Part shown: positions 1-9,106 of the stretch, one piece after another
Position numbering within the stretch: position 1 is the first letter of the stretch
How the letters are laid out: each line of letters starts with the position of its first letter
NCBI RefSeq assembly: GCF_000341395.1
Contig: NC_020304.1
Span: 2,850,001-2,882,000, forward strand
Length of the DNA stretch: 32,000 bases
Direction: 5' to 3'
From: Desulfocapsa sulfexigens DSM 10523
GTDB lineage: Bacteria; Desulfobacterota; Desulfobulbia; Desulfobulbales; Desulfocapsaceae
The notes under the pieces: model-generated
The model's database searches: none
Seen by the model: only the letters and a program-made list of their open reading frames with translations
What the model was told of the DNA's origin: nothing
Program-made: the position numbers and the translations under genes

Positions 1-346
1 GACCTTGGGAAAACAGTTGGTGACAGTTTATAGCCCGGTGGATCTTTTCACCTCCCGTATTGCCCTTCCTGTAGAAGAAAAAAATGGAGTTTTCCTGAAG
101 AATGACAGGGGCGAGAAGTTACATCTCACAGTGAATAGGGGGCTGACCATTACTCAGGCAGACAAAGCCTTTTCTCTCATTGGTTTGATTTCAGAGCTCC
201 AGGAAATGGGATGTTGTAATTTTGTCTTGGACCTACGGGGAACTGGGCTGGCAACTCCAGGAGGGCAGGAGATTATGATGGCCTATGCTGAAGATAGAAC
301 TATTCCAGGCACCATTCTGCTAAACTATGAAAAAGGGTTGATCTGA
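1..346 (+). CDS. C-terminal part of a CDS entering from the left edge; possibly peptidase U32-like
   Basis: The frame is open from the window edge to the stop at 346. Its nominal start is a TTG at position 5, so it is probably truncated. The C-terminal text 'PVDLFTSRIALPV...DRGEKLHL...GLTITQADKAFSLIGLISEL...NFVLDLRG' loosely resembles U32-type tails. Confidence 0.4.
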   Translation, partial: TLGKQLVTVYSPVDLFTSRIALPVEEKNGVFLKNDRGEKLHLTVNRGLTITQADKAFSLIGLISELQEMGCCNFVLDLRGTGLATPGGQEIMMAYAEDRTIPGTILLNYEKGLI

Positions 347-771
347 CTTTTGCTGTCAAAGAATTTCTGGAGGGAATGAGAAATGTATTTTTCCACTTCC
401 TTCAGACTTGTGTATACTATCACTTTGAAAAAAGAATTGCCGGCAATCATGGCGGACAGGGAATTGTTTTTATTGTTACGAAACAGGCAGAGGCAGGGGA
501 TGTTGAGCTTTTCAGCAACAGCAAGCTCGTAGCCAACACCGAGTGATGGTGTGGAGACCTCAGCTATGAGCAGGTCGGCCTCTTCAAGCCATCGCATATC
601 GCGAGCGTATATTTCTTTTTCGGAGAGAGACTGCTCTTCCTGCAGGAGTGTCTCATCTCCAACATGTTCAGTAAGAACCGTCCCCCGTGACTGAAGAAAC
701 TCTATTATATTACGGTATATTTCAGCGTCATCACGACCACCGCGGATGGCACCCGCAAAGTAAAAATTCAT
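325..771 (-). CDS. Nucleoside 2-deoxyribosyltransferase-fold protein, DNPH1/Rcl-like 2'-deoxynucleoside 5'-phosphate N-hydrolase
   Basis: The motifs 'MNFYFAGAIRGGRDD', 'VLTEHVGD', 'ARDMRWLEEADLLIAEVSTPSLGVGYELAVA' match the Rcl/DNPH1 pattern. Confidence 0.8.
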   Translation of the reverse strand: MNFYFAGAIRGGRDDAEIYRNIIEFLQSRGTVLTEHVGDETLLQEEQSLSEKEIYARDMRWLEEADLLIAEVSTPSLGVGYELAVAEKLNIPCLCLFRNNKNNSLSAMIAGNSFFKVIVYTSLKEVEKYISHSLQKFFDSKSQINPFS

Positions 772-786
772 TGTGTTAAGAAAAGA

Positions 787-1872
787 TTATTCCGATTCCA
801 TTTCGGCAAGAAATCTCCGCCTCCACCCGATTTTCTGGCGTGAGGTGGAGGTTGAGCTGTGTCGTATGCATTGCAAAAGCTCACTTTTGTTACCAAGGAG
901 GGCAGGGTCTATGCCGCTGACATCGCTTTTCAGGGTAATATAGTCCTGCAGACCGGTGAGCGCTTTTTTTTCTTTGGTACTCAGTTTGGGGACAGACAGG
1001 AGGGGAGGGCACTCTTCTGTAGGCCGTTGCAACCCTTTATTTACAAGTTGAATCAGGGTGTCTCCGTAGGTTTTGACACTTTTTACAGATATTCCTTCGC
1101 ATTGTTCTAAGGTGTCGGGACTTGTCAGTCGTTCTCTGGCTATAGAGAGAAGCACGGTATCTTTTATGATGTGACCGCGCGGACGATTTCTGTGTCTCGC
1201 CTCCGCTTCTCGCCAGGCGGCTAACTCCTGAAGTATTGCCAGAGACTGTGCCTCAAGACCTCCTGCTCCCTTTATCTTTGTGTAACGTTCTTCATCTGTG
1301 ACACCAAGGTAGCTTGCCGGGTTGTCTAGTCTTTGCAGTTCTTCTTCCAGCCAGGGGAGCGTTTCAGGGAGGACGCGGGCAAGCAGGAGAACACGTACAG
1401 CTCGCAGGTATCGGACATCATCCATTGCATATAATGTCTGCTTTGAGTTCAATGGCCGCTTGAGCCAATTGGTACGTGTCTCGGTTTTTTCAAGTTTGAT
1501 ATCAAGAAGTAATTCGATCAGGGCTCCGAGGGAAAGTGTAGAGGTGAACCCTGCAAATCCGGCCGCTAATCTGGTGTCAAAAATATTTTTGGGATCTTTG
1601 CCAGTTGCAGTACGCAGGATCGTAAGATCTTGAGGGGCATCGTGAAATATTTTGACAACTGATCTGTCAGCGAGTAATTCTCCTAATGGGGAAAGATCGT
1701 CTAAAGCGCAGGGATCGATGAGGAAACATTCCTCATTGGAAAGTGCCAGCTGAATAAGCCCAAGCTTGGGATAATAGGTCTTTTCCCATACGAATTCTGT
1801 ATCAAGGGCTACTGCGTTTGTTTCCTGGGCCCGTTTTATAAGGGCTTCTAGAGCTTCTGGTGTTGTAATCAT
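787..1872 (-). CDS. rnd: Ribonuclease D (DEDD 3'-5' exonuclease plus HRDC-like C-terminus)
   Basis: 'AVALDTEFVWEKTYYPKLGLIQLAL', 'KIFHDAPQDLTIL', 'LDIKLEKTETRTNWLKRPL...QTLYAMDDVRYL', then an HRDC-like segment. Confidence 0.9.
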   Translation of the reverse strand: MITTPEALEALIKRAQETNAVALDTEFVWEKTYYPKLGLIQLALSNEECFLIDPCALDDLSPLGELLADRSVVKIFHDAPQDLTILRTATGKDPKNIFDTRLAAGFAGFTSTLSLGALIELLLDIKLEKTETRTNWLKRPLNSKQTLYAMDDVRYLRAVRVLLLARVLPETLPWLEEELQRLDNPASYLGVTDEERYTKIKGAGGLEAQSLAILQELAAWREAEARHRNRPRGHIIKDTVLLSIARERLTSPDTLEQCEGISVKSVKTYGDTLIQLVNKGLQRPTEECPPLLSVPKLSTKEKKALTGLQDYITLKSDVSGIDPALLGNKSELLQCIRHSSTSTSRQKIGWRRRFLAEMESE

Positions 1873-1970
1873 TTGATATTGTCACATAGGAATGGAGTAT
1901 ATTGCACGCTAAAATTTATATTCGCAACTAGCCATATAGATCGAGAAAATACAAGGATTAAACGGTAATT

Positions 1971-3017
1971 TTGATTTTTTATATTTTAAAACGTATAGGG
2001 CTGATGATCCCGACTCTTTTCGGAGTGATGCTTCTCACTTTTGTTGTGACCCAGTTTGTGCCCGGTGGCCCGGTGGAACAGTTACTGGCTCAGATGGAGG
2101 GACTCGGAAATGGGGGAGAGGTTGCCGGAAGTACCTCCGTTTATCGTGGTGATTCTGGACTTGATGACGTACGGCTAGCGCAACTCAAAGAGTTGTATGG
2201 TTTTGACCAGCCTCCAGCTACCCGTTTTGTGAACATGATGAAAAATTATCTCGTGTTTGATTTTGGAAACTCCTATTACTATCACCAGTCTGTAGCTGAT
2301 CTGGTGATTTCCAGAATGCCCGTATCCATGTCACTTGGACTCTGGAGCTTTGTTATTGTTTACGGAGTTTGTATTCCACTTGGTATCAGTAAGGCGGTCC
2401 GTGACGGTTCCCGATTTGACATGCTGACATCAACCGCAATTCTGATAGGATATGCAATACCTGGTTTTGTCCTTGCAATCGTTTTAATAGTTCTCTTTGG
2501 CGGTGGCTCATTCTGGAATATTTTTCCCCTGCGAGGGATTGTTTCCGACGGTTGGGCTGACATGGGTATGGTGCAGAAAATTCTTGATTATCTTTGGCAT
2601 ATGGTCCTTCCCATTACGTCAGGTGCTGTTGGCAGTCTTGCTGTAATGACAATGCTCACTAAGAATTCCTTTCTTGAAGAAATCCGTAAACAGTATGTTT
2701 TAACGGCGCGGGCCAAGGGGTTAAGTGAGCAGCAGGTGTTGTATAAACACGTATTCAGGAATGGAATCATCCCTATTATTACAGGATTTCCAGGGTACTT
2801 TATCGCCGCGTTTTTCACAGGCAGTCTGCTTATTGAGACGATTTTTTCACTCGATGGTATGGGGCTCCTTGCCTATCAGTCAGTGTTGAATCGTGACTAC
2901 CCGGTGGTGTTGGGAACCCTTTATTTTTTTACTATTATCGGTCTTTTTTCCAGATTGCTTTCGGATCTGAGTTATGTAGTGGTTGACCCGAGGATCAGTT
3001 TTGACAGAACCGATTGA
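1971..3017 (+). CDS. yejB: Oligopeptide/microcin C-type ABC transporter permease, YejB-like
   Basis: 'MIFYILKRIGLMIPTLFGVMLLTFVVTQFVPGGPVEQ' N-terminus and a typical DppB/YejB C-terminus with 'LIETIFSLDGMGLLAY' and 'VVVDPRISFD'. The TTG start is uncertain. Confidence 0.85.
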   Translation: MIFYILKRIGLMIPTLFGVMLLTFVVTQFVPGGPVEQLLAQMEGLGNGGEVAGSTSVYRGDSGLDDVRLAQLKELYGFDQPPATRFVNMMKNYLVFDFGNSYYYHQSVADLVISRMPVSMSLGLWSFVIVYGVCIPLGISKAVRDGSRFDMLTSTAILIGYAIPGFVLAIVLIVLFGGGSFWNIFPLRGIVSDGWADMGMVQKILDYLWHMVLPITSGAVGSLAVMTMLTKNSFLEEIRKQYVLTARAKGLSEQQVLYKHVFRNGIIPIITGFPGYFIAAFFTGSLLIETIFSLDGMGLLAYQSVLNRDYPVVLGTLYFFTIIGLFSRLLSDLSYVVVDPRISFDRTD

Positions 3018-4053
3018 AAATCAGGGTGTGGAGAAGTCGATCAGTCTCTCCCGCAGGAGGTGGCGAAGATTCTGCCGTAACCGAAGGGGCTTCTACAGCC
3101 TTATTGTCTTTGCCTTCTTTTTTGTGATAAGCCTCTTTGCAGAAGCCATATCAAATGATGTTCCGCTTCTGGTACGATATGAGGGACATCTCTATTTTCC
3201 ATTGCTGGTTGAGTATCCGGAAACCACTTTTGGAGGTGATTTTGAAACCGAGACTGACTACCTTGATCCCTATATTTACGAAAAACTTACAACCGATGGC
3301 AATAGTGTTTATTTCCCGTTCAACAGTCACAGCTATCAGAGTATAAATTTCAACATTGATGGTCCTGTTCCTTCTCCGCCAACAGACGAAAACATTCTTG
3401 GCACTGATGATCGTGGGAGGGATGTCTTTGCGCGACTTCTTTATGGCTTTCGTCTGAGCATTTTATTTGGTTTTGCCCTCACTACAGTAGGAACGCTTGT
3501 CGGAATTATTACCGGCGCAGTGCAGGGTTTTTTCGGTGGCAGGGTGGATCTGTTCTTCCAAAGGTTTATAGAAATATGGGGGGCGATGCCTGAGCTCTAT
3601 CTGCTTATTATTTTTGCTTCAATTTTCAAACCAAGCGTTATGTTATTACTTGTGCTACTCTCGCTATTCAGCTGGATGGGACTTTCCGATTACGTTCGTG
3701 CCGAATTTTTAAAAGGCAGGAATATGGAATATGTGAAGGCGGCCAGAGCTCTTGGTGTTTCGAACGTGACCATTATGTATCGTCATCTGCTTCCAAATGG
3801 CATGACTCCGGTTATTACTTTTTTGCCATTCAGGATGTCTGCTTCAATTCTTGCTCTTACCAGCTTGGATTTTCTTGGACTTGGCGTTCCCCCATCGACA
3901 CCATCACTTGGAGAACTTTTGGCCCAGGGCAAAGCCAATATTGATGCCTGGTGGCTCTCTCTTTCAACTTTCCTTGTCCTGGTCGGAACGCTTGTTCTTC
4001 TGATTTTTATCGGAGAAGCGCTGCGGGAAACCTTTGATCCTAGAAAAAACTGA
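3001..4053 (+). CDS. yejE: Oligopeptide/microcin C-type ABC transporter permease, YejE-like
   Basis: 'FCRNRRGFYSLIVFAFFFVISLFAEAISNDVPLLVRYEGHLYFPLL...FGGDF...' and 'NILGTDDRGRDVFARLLYGFRLS' closely follow YejE. The provided track starts at 2983; a TTG at 3001 preceded by GAGG looks more likely. Confidence 0.87.
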   Translation: MTEPIENQGVEKSISLSRRRWRRFCRNRRGFYSLIVFAFFFVISLFAEAISNDVPLLVRYEGHLYFPLLVEYPETTFGGDFETETDYLDPYIYEKLTTDGNSVYFPFNSHSYQSINFNIDGPVPSPPTDENILGTDDRGRDVFARLLYGFRLSILFGFALTTVGTLVGIITGAVQGFFGGRVDLFFQRFIEIWGAMPELYLLIIFASIFKPSVMLLLVLLSLFSWMGLSDYVRAEFLKGRNMEYVKAARALGVSNVTIMYRHLLPNGMTPVITFLPFRMSASILALTSLDFLGLGVPPSTPSLGELLAQGKANIDAWWLSLSTFLVLVGTLVLLIFIGEALRETFDPRKN

Positions 4054-4149
4054 TTTGTGTTTTTTAGTATATTTCGAGTCAAGGGTGCAGATGTGCTTGT
4101 TTTCTAAATAAAAGAAGTTCTTTTAAAAGATCGGAATTATTCTCGGCCA

Positions 4150-4178
4150 TTGACATTCTTAGTTACAGATTTTATCAT
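4150..4178 (+). promoter_or_regulatory. Candidate sigma70 promoter for the mla operon
   Basis: TTGACA (4150-4155), 17-nt spacer, TATCAT (4173-4178), about 80 bp upstream of the mlaE start. Confidence 0.55.
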
Positions 4179-4260
4179 AGGGCTGCAAAAGATTATAATG
4201 ATAGACGCTCATTTCTTTATCATTGTCTCCTGAAACCGAAAACCACATGCTGTAACGCTT

Positions 4261-5052
4261 ATGCAACTAAATGTCATATCTCGATTTGGAAGTACCGGAC
4301 TTGTTGTGGTCACAGATATGGGGCGTATGGGCTTATATCTGCTCCAGATAATTCAGGGTTGTTTCAGGGTGCCATTTCGTTTCTCGGAGTTGATGCGTCA
4401 GCTCAATTTTATTGGTGTCGGCTCTCTTGTCGTAATCTTCTTCACCGCTGCTTCAACCGGAATGGTTCTTGGATTGCAGGGCTATTACTCATTACACAAA
4501 TTTGGCGCTGAAGGAATGCTTGGCTCGGCTGTGTCACTCACTCTTATAATGGAGCTTGGTCCGGTACTTACCGCCCTTATGGTGACCGGTCGTGCAGGAT
4601 CAGCCATGTGCGCAGAGCTTGGCATTATGCGTATTTCCGAACAGATCGATGCACTTGACTGTATGGCTGTTGATCCTTTCCGCTATCTTATTTCCCCTAA
4701 ACTTCTTGCTGCCTTTATTTCCGTTCCGTTGTTGACTGTCCTGTTCGATGTTGTCGGGATAGCTGGAGGCTATGTGGCTGGGGTCCAACTGATGGGAGTC
4801 AATCCGGGTAGCTTTTTTGATGGGATGCAGCGTAGTGTGACGAACCATGATATTATGCTCGGTACTGTGAAGTCATTTGTTTTTGCAGTGCTGATTGTCT
4901 GGATCTGCTCTGGCCGAGGGTTTTTTGTTCATCAGATCAAGGGAGCAGGATTTGGGGCCCGTAGTGTGTCAAAAGTTACCACACAGGCTGTTGTCCTTTC
5001 TTCAATATCTGTTCTTGTTTTCGATTATCTGCTCACGGCCATCCTGATATGA
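4261..5052 (+). CDS. mlaE: MlaE-family phospholipid ABC transporter permease
   Basis: 'TAASTGMVLGLQGYYSLHKFGAEGMLGSAVSLTLIMELGPVLTALMVTGRAGSAMCAELGIMRISEQIDALDCMAVDP' is the MlaE/YrbE signature. Confidence 0.95.
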   Translation: MQLNVISRFGSTGLVVVTDMGRMGLYLLQIIQGCFRVPFRFSELMRQLNFIGVGSLVVIFFTAASTGMVLGLQGYYSLHKFGAEGMLGSAVSLTLIMELGPVLTALMVTGRAGSAMCAELGIMRISEQIDALDCMAVDPFRYLISPKLLAAFISVPLLTVLFDVVGIAGGYVAGVQLMGVNPGSFFDGMQRSVTNHDIMLGTVKSFVFAVLIVWICSGRGFFVHQIKGAGFGARSVSKVTTQAVVLSSISVLVFDYLLTAILI

Positions 5053-5834
5053 ATGATATTAGCATAGAATTTAAAGAGGTTGCAAAAGCCTTTGTTCGCG
5101 ATAACGGCAGTAGGCAGGTTATTCTCGATAATGTGAGTTTTTCAATTCCAGCTGGTAAAACAACTGTTATCGCAGGGGGTAGTGGACAGGGGAAAAGTGT
5201 CACCTTGAAACTTATTCTTGGTCTCATGCAGGAAGACAGTGGGCATATATTTGTCGGAGGTGATGAAATAACCGGAATTCGAGGAGGTAAGCTTAAGGAA
5301 TTGCGCACTAGATTTGGTGTCTTGTTCCAAGGGTCTGCGCTTTTCGATTCCATGACCGTTTTTGAAAATGTTGCTCTCCCACTTAAGGAGAGAACAAATA
5401 AAACCGACAGTGACATAAAAAAACAGGTGTTGTCCAGTCTTGAGCAGCTCGAGTTGCTCGGTCACGAGAACAAGTTTCCGGCGCAGCTCAGCGGTGGTAT
5501 GAAGAAAAGAGCTGGGCTGGCAAGGGCTCTACAGCTGAAACCTGAGATTATGCTCTTTGACGAGCCAACCACAGGTCTTGATCCGGTGATGACTCAGGAG
5601 ATTTATCAGCTGTTTGCAAAAACTCAGGAACAGATTGGCTACACATCTGTTATTGTAAGCCATGATATTCCCAAAGTTTTCAATCTCGCTGATCAGGTGA
5701 TCGTTCTCCATAACGGGGAAGTGGAGGCTTTTCCCTCTCCTGAAGCGATACAATGGTCCAGTAAACCCCATATTCGTAAATTTGTGGAAACCACAATGGG
5801 TGAAATTTATCAGAGTCATTTGGTGGAACAATGA
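5049..5834 (+). CDS. mlaF: Phospholipid ABC transporter ATPase
   Basis: Walker A 'GGSGQGKS', signature 'LSGGMKKRAGLARAL', Walker B 'LFDEPTTGLDP'. Overlaps mlaE by 4 nt. Confidence 0.95.
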   Translation: MNDISIEFKEVAKAFVRDNGSRQVILDNVSFSIPAGKTTVIAGGSGQGKSVTLKLILGLMQEDSGHIFVGGDEITGIRGGKLKELRTRFGVLFQGSALFDSMTVFENVALPLKERTNKTDSDIKKQVLSSLEQLELLGHENKFPAQLSGGMKKRAGLARALQLKPEIMLFDEPTTGLDPVMTQEIYQLFAKTQEQIGYTSVIVSHDIPKVFNLADQVIVLHNGEVEAFPSPEAIQWSSKPHIRKFVETTMGEIYQSHLVEQ

Positions 5835-6277
5835 AAAACAGCGTAGAATTTTTGGTAGGTCTTTTTATGATTGCAGGCTTTACAGCATTTGGGTATCTGG
5901 CTCTGCAGCTTGGCGAAGTTTCTCTCTTCAGTGATAGTAAAAACTATACTATAGTTGCTCAGTTTGACAACATATCAGGTGTGAAAAAAGGTGCTTCTGT
6001 GCAGGTGGCAGGTGTGGTTGTAGGCCAGGTCGACAAAATCTGGCTTGATGGTACCGGTGTGGCTAATATAGCCTTGAAACTCTCAAAAGATGTTGAACTC
6101 GCCACCGACTCCATGGCTTCAGTCAAATCCCAGGGGCTTATCGGTGATAAGTTTATTGCTCTGAGCCTTGGCGGAGATGAAGAATCTTTTAAAGATGGTG
6201 ATATTCTTACTGACACAGAGTCTGCAGTAGATATTGAATCTCTGATCAGTAAATTCGCCTTTGGTGATGTGAAATAA
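5831..6277 (+). CDS. mlaD: MlaD-type MCE domain protein
   Basis: 'EFLVGLFMIAGFTAFGYLALQLG...YTIVAQFDNISGVKKGASVQVAGVVVGQV' and 'LIGDKFIALSLGG', in operon after mlaF. Confidence 0.93.
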   Translation: MKNSVEFLVGLFMIAGFTAFGYLALQLGEVSLFSDSKNYTIVAQFDNISGVKKGASVQVAGVVVGQVDKIWLDGTGVANIALKLSKDVELATDSMASVKSQGLIGDKFIALSLGGDEESFKDGDILTDTESAVDIESLISKFAFGDVK

Positions 6278-6298
6278 ACTTCATCTTCTTCTTAATGT

Positions 6299-7135
6299 AT
6301 GAAAACTCTATTGTACCCTAAAATTATAATTCTTTTTACTCTATTGCTACTCTTGTGCTGCAGTTTTGGCTGTTCCCAGAAAGGTAGTGCTGTAGCTTTT
6401 CAGGATGTAGTCATTGAAGATGACGAGGTGCCGGTTGATAAAATGGATATGCTCCTGAATGATGATTTTTTCGATGAGGAAAAAGTCGTAGAACAGATTT
6501 ATTATGATCCGCTTGAGCCTATGAATAGGGTCTTTTTCGAGTTTAATGATAAGCTCTATTACTGGTTTCTGAGTCCATTGAATACTGCTTACACCGCTAT
6601 CTTACCCTGGGATATACGTTTTTCTATTGGAAATTTTGTGAATAATCTTGCTGCGCCTATTCGTCTGGTGAACAATCTCCTCCAGTTGAAAATTAAGGAT
6701 GCAGGGGTTGAGATATCCCGTTTTTTGATTAACTCCACACTGGGCGTTTTTGGCTTTGGTGATCCTGCCATGCTTGACTTCGGTCTTGCACCCAGAGAAG
6801 AGGATTTTGGTCAAACCCTTGGATACTGGGGGGTTGGCGAAGGTGTTTATCTCTGTGTGCCGATCATTGGGCCATCGAACGTCCGTGACCTGGTGGGGTT
6901 TACCGCAGATGCTTACACCCACCCCATGGTGTATTATATAGATGAACTCTATGTGAGTGCCGGGTATTACGCGGGGAGCAGGGTTAATCTGCTGTCTCTC
7001 AATCCTGAAGTATACGAAGATTTGAAAAAATATTCATTGGATCCTTATGTTTCCATGAGACAGGTCTATCTTGAATATCGCAGGAAAAAAATTGACGACA
7101 ACCCAATGCAACGCAGAAGTGATAATGAGTTGTAA
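6299..7135 (+). CDS. mlaA: MlaA/VacJ family outer-membrane lipoprotein
   Basis: Lipobox-like 'LLLLCCSFGCS'; 'DPLEPMNRVFFEFNDKLYYWFLSPL'; 'NFVNNLAAPIRLVNNLLQ'; 'GDPAMLDFGLAPREEDFGQTLGYWGVGEGVYLCVPIIGPSNVRD'. Confidence 0.95.
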   Translation: MKTLLYPKIIILFTLLLLLCCSFGCSQKGSAVAFQDVVIEDDEVPVDKMDMLLNDDFFDEEKVVEQIYYDPLEPMNRVFFEFNDKLYYWFLSPLNTAYTAILPWDIRFSIGNFVNNLAAPIRLVNNLLQLKIKDAGVEISRFLINSTLGVFGFGDPAMLDFGLAPREEDFGQTLGYWGVGEGVYLCVPIIGPSNVRDLVGFTADAYTHPMVYYIDELYVSAGYYAGSRVNLLSLNPEVYEDLKKYSLDPYVSMRQVYLEYRRKKIDDNPMQRRSDNEL

Positions 7136-7148
7136 AATCAATCTTTGA

Positions 7149-7778
7149 GTGAGTGTGTTTATGATTAGAAAGCGATTGGTGTTTCTTCTGGTATATTTTG
7201 TTATCTTTTGCGCCCATGTTGCTGTGGCCTCTTCCAGTCCCACGGATTCTTTAAGACCCACCCTTGAAGGGGTGATTGATGTTATTCGTGATCCGAACCT
7301 TGCAGGTGTTGACCACAAGAAGGTGAGACGTGAAAAGGTGATGGCTATTGCAACCAGGGGGTTTGATTTCACCGAGATGTCTAAACGTGCTCTGGGAGCG
7401 ACCTGGAGAGATCTGAGTCAGGAAGAGCGCCAGTATTTTGAAGAACTTTTCACTAAGCTTCTTGAAAATGCCTATATCGGAAAACTTGAAGGGTACTCCG
7501 GGCAGGAGATAGTCTATCAGGATGAAAGGATAAAAGGAAACAGGGCTGCTGTTGCAACCATTGTAAAGAGCAGTGATACCGCACCTTTTTCGGTAAGTTA
7601 CGTGATGCTTCAAAGCGGCAGTGATTGGCTGGTCTATGACCTTAATATAGAAGGGGTCAGTTTTCTCCGTAATTACAGTGAACAGTTTAAATCAATTCTA
7701 AGGAAGGATAAATTTGCCGGATTGGTGAAAATACTTGAAGAAAAAAATGAGACTTTTGAAAAAGAGGAAAGCAACTAG
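7149..7778 (+). CDS. mlaC: MlaC-family phospholipid-binding protein
   Basis: Signal-peptide-like N-terminus followed by 'FDFTEMSKRALGATWRDLSQEERQYFEELFTKLLENAYIGKLEGYSGQEIVY'. GTG start, or ATG at 7161. Confidence 0.9.
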   Translation: MSVFMIRKRLVFLLVYFVIFCAHVAVASSSPTDSLRPTLEGVIDVIRDPNLAGVDHKKVRREKVMAIATRGFDFTEMSKRALGATWRDLSQEERQYFEELFTKLLENAYIGKLEGYSGQEIVYQDERIKGNRAAVATIVKSSDTAPFSVSYVMLQSGSDWLVYDLNIEGVSFLRNYSEQFKSILRKDKFAGLVKILEEKNETFEKEESN

Positions 7779-8212
7779 TGGAAAGGTTCCTGACCCGTAT
7801 TGGCCTCTCGGACGAAAATGCTTCCCATGAGCTTGTCTCTCTATTCACTGAGAAAAAAGTAGTGGGTGGTGACATCCTTTTTAATTATAATGATCCTGCT
7901 GAGGAATTGTTTTTTTTAATAGAGGGGCATCTTGCTGTTCATAAATATACTGGCTTCTTAGAAAAGACCCAGGTGATCGCCTTGATCGACCCAGGAGCTA
8001 TCGTGGGCGAATGCGCTATTTTGCAGCAGCATAAGCGAAGTACCCGAGTGACGGCAATTCAGGACAGTAAGCTTTTGTGCCTCACAAAAAATAATTTTGT
8101 AAAATTCCAGGAAGCATTTCCGGAAGTTGCGAATGCAATCCTCCAGTATCTACTTTCTATTGTCAGTCTCCGTCTTGAAAAGACCTCGGAGCGTCTAGCT
8201 CGCATTTTGTAG
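7778..8212 (+). CDS. Cyclic nucleotide-binding (Crp-like effector) domain protein with no obvious DNA-binding domain
   Basis: 'GDILFNYNDPAEELFFLIEGHLAVHK...VIALIDPGAIVGECAILQQHKRSTRVTAIQDSKLLCLTKNNF' is the cNMP-binding beta-roll pattern. The 144-aa protein has no HTH. Confidence 0.85.
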   Translation: MERFLTRIGLSDENASHELVSLFTEKKVVGGDILFNYNDPAEELFFLIEGHLAVHKYTGFLEKTQVIALIDPGAIVGECAILQQHKRSTRVTAIQDSKLLCLTKNNFVKFQEAFPEVANAILQYLLSIVSLRLEKTSERLARIL

Positions 8213-8348
8213 TTCGTGTTTTCATGGTAATTCCTTCGGTTTTGTAATCATTTACAAGAATAAAATTTTTTTCTCGCCATTCTTGTGAAAATTGGGTATT
8301 TTCGTCAGTTTCGTTTGCACGTTTGATATTGTGAGTTGCTGAGGAAAA

Positions 8349-8861
8349 ATGGAAATTCTACTTGCCGATAGTGCTGCAAAGAAAAACAGTCTTACTGTGA
8401 AAGAATTGATTCAATTTTCAGATATTGAACCTGAATTGAATGCTGAAGTAGTTGCCAAGTTTCTGGTTAGTCAACGGGAGGGAAACATATACAGTCTGGA
8501 TGGCAGTCTTATCGCTGCCGTTGTCACATGTTGTGATCGCTGTACCAATACGGTTGAACTTAACTTTGAGCAGGAGTTTTCTTATCAGCTGCGAGTAGAA
8601 GAAGAACCACAAATGGCAGCTGAGTATGGCTTTGGCGAAGAAGACTGTGATGTTGTATATCTCAAGGAGTCCGTTGTTGAAAGTGGAGATATCCTGAGAG
8701 AACAGCTGTTACTAGCCCTGCCAACTACTTGTTTATGTAGTGATACATGTAAGGGCTTATGTGATCGTTGTGGGATCAATTTGAATGAAAAGCAATGCAA
8801 GTGTAAGGAGACTAATGAAGATTCTCCTTTTGCTATATTAAAAAAATTACAGAAAAATTAG
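8349..8861 (+). CDS. yceD: YceD/DUF177 family protein
   Basis: 'VTCCDRCTNTVELNFEQEFSYQL', 'DVVYLKESVVESGDILREQLLLALPTTCLCSDTCKGLCDRCGINLNEKQCKC', located immediately upstream of rpmF. Confidence 0.88.
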   Translation: MEILLADSAAKKNSLTVKELIQFSDIEPELNAEVVAKFLVSQREGNIYSLDGSLIAAVVTCCDRCTNTVELNFEQEFSYQLRVEEEPQMAAEYGFGEEDCDVVYLKESVVESGDILREQLLLALPTTCLCSDTCKGLCDRCGINLNEKQCKCKETNEDSPFAILKKLQKN

Positions 8862-8907
8862 ACAATTCGTGTCGCTGATGCGGCATTGTATTATTGGAGG
8901 ATATATC

Positions 8908-9096
8908 ATGGCTCTGCCCAAAAGAAGACATTCCCGTTCCCGTACTAGAAAAAGAAGATCCCACGATGCTTTGACCGCACCAGGACTCAACAAGTGTTCA
9001 GAATGTGGTGAGGCTAAAATGCCCCATCGCATCTGCCCAAGTTGTGGTATGTATAAGGGTCGTTCCGTTTATAGTCTGGATGCCGAAATAGAGTAG
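8908..9096 (+). CDS. rpmF: 50S ribosomal protein L32 (bL32)
   Basis: 'MALPKRRHSRSRTRKRRSHDALTAPGLNKCSECGEAKMPHRICPSCGMYKGRSV'. The listed ORF starts upstream at 8869, but the canonical N-terminus is at 8908 after 'GGAGG'. Confidence 0.95.
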   Translation: MALPKRRHSRSRTRKRRSHDALTAPGLNKCSECGEAKMPHRICPSCGMYKGRSVYSLDAEIE

Positions 9097-9106
9097 GCTG
9101 TATATC

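Noticed and set aside
8869-8907. N-terminal extension of rpmF in the supplied ORF track
   Set aside because: bL32 proteins start at MALPKRRHS, and a GGAGG ribosome-binding site precedes 8908.
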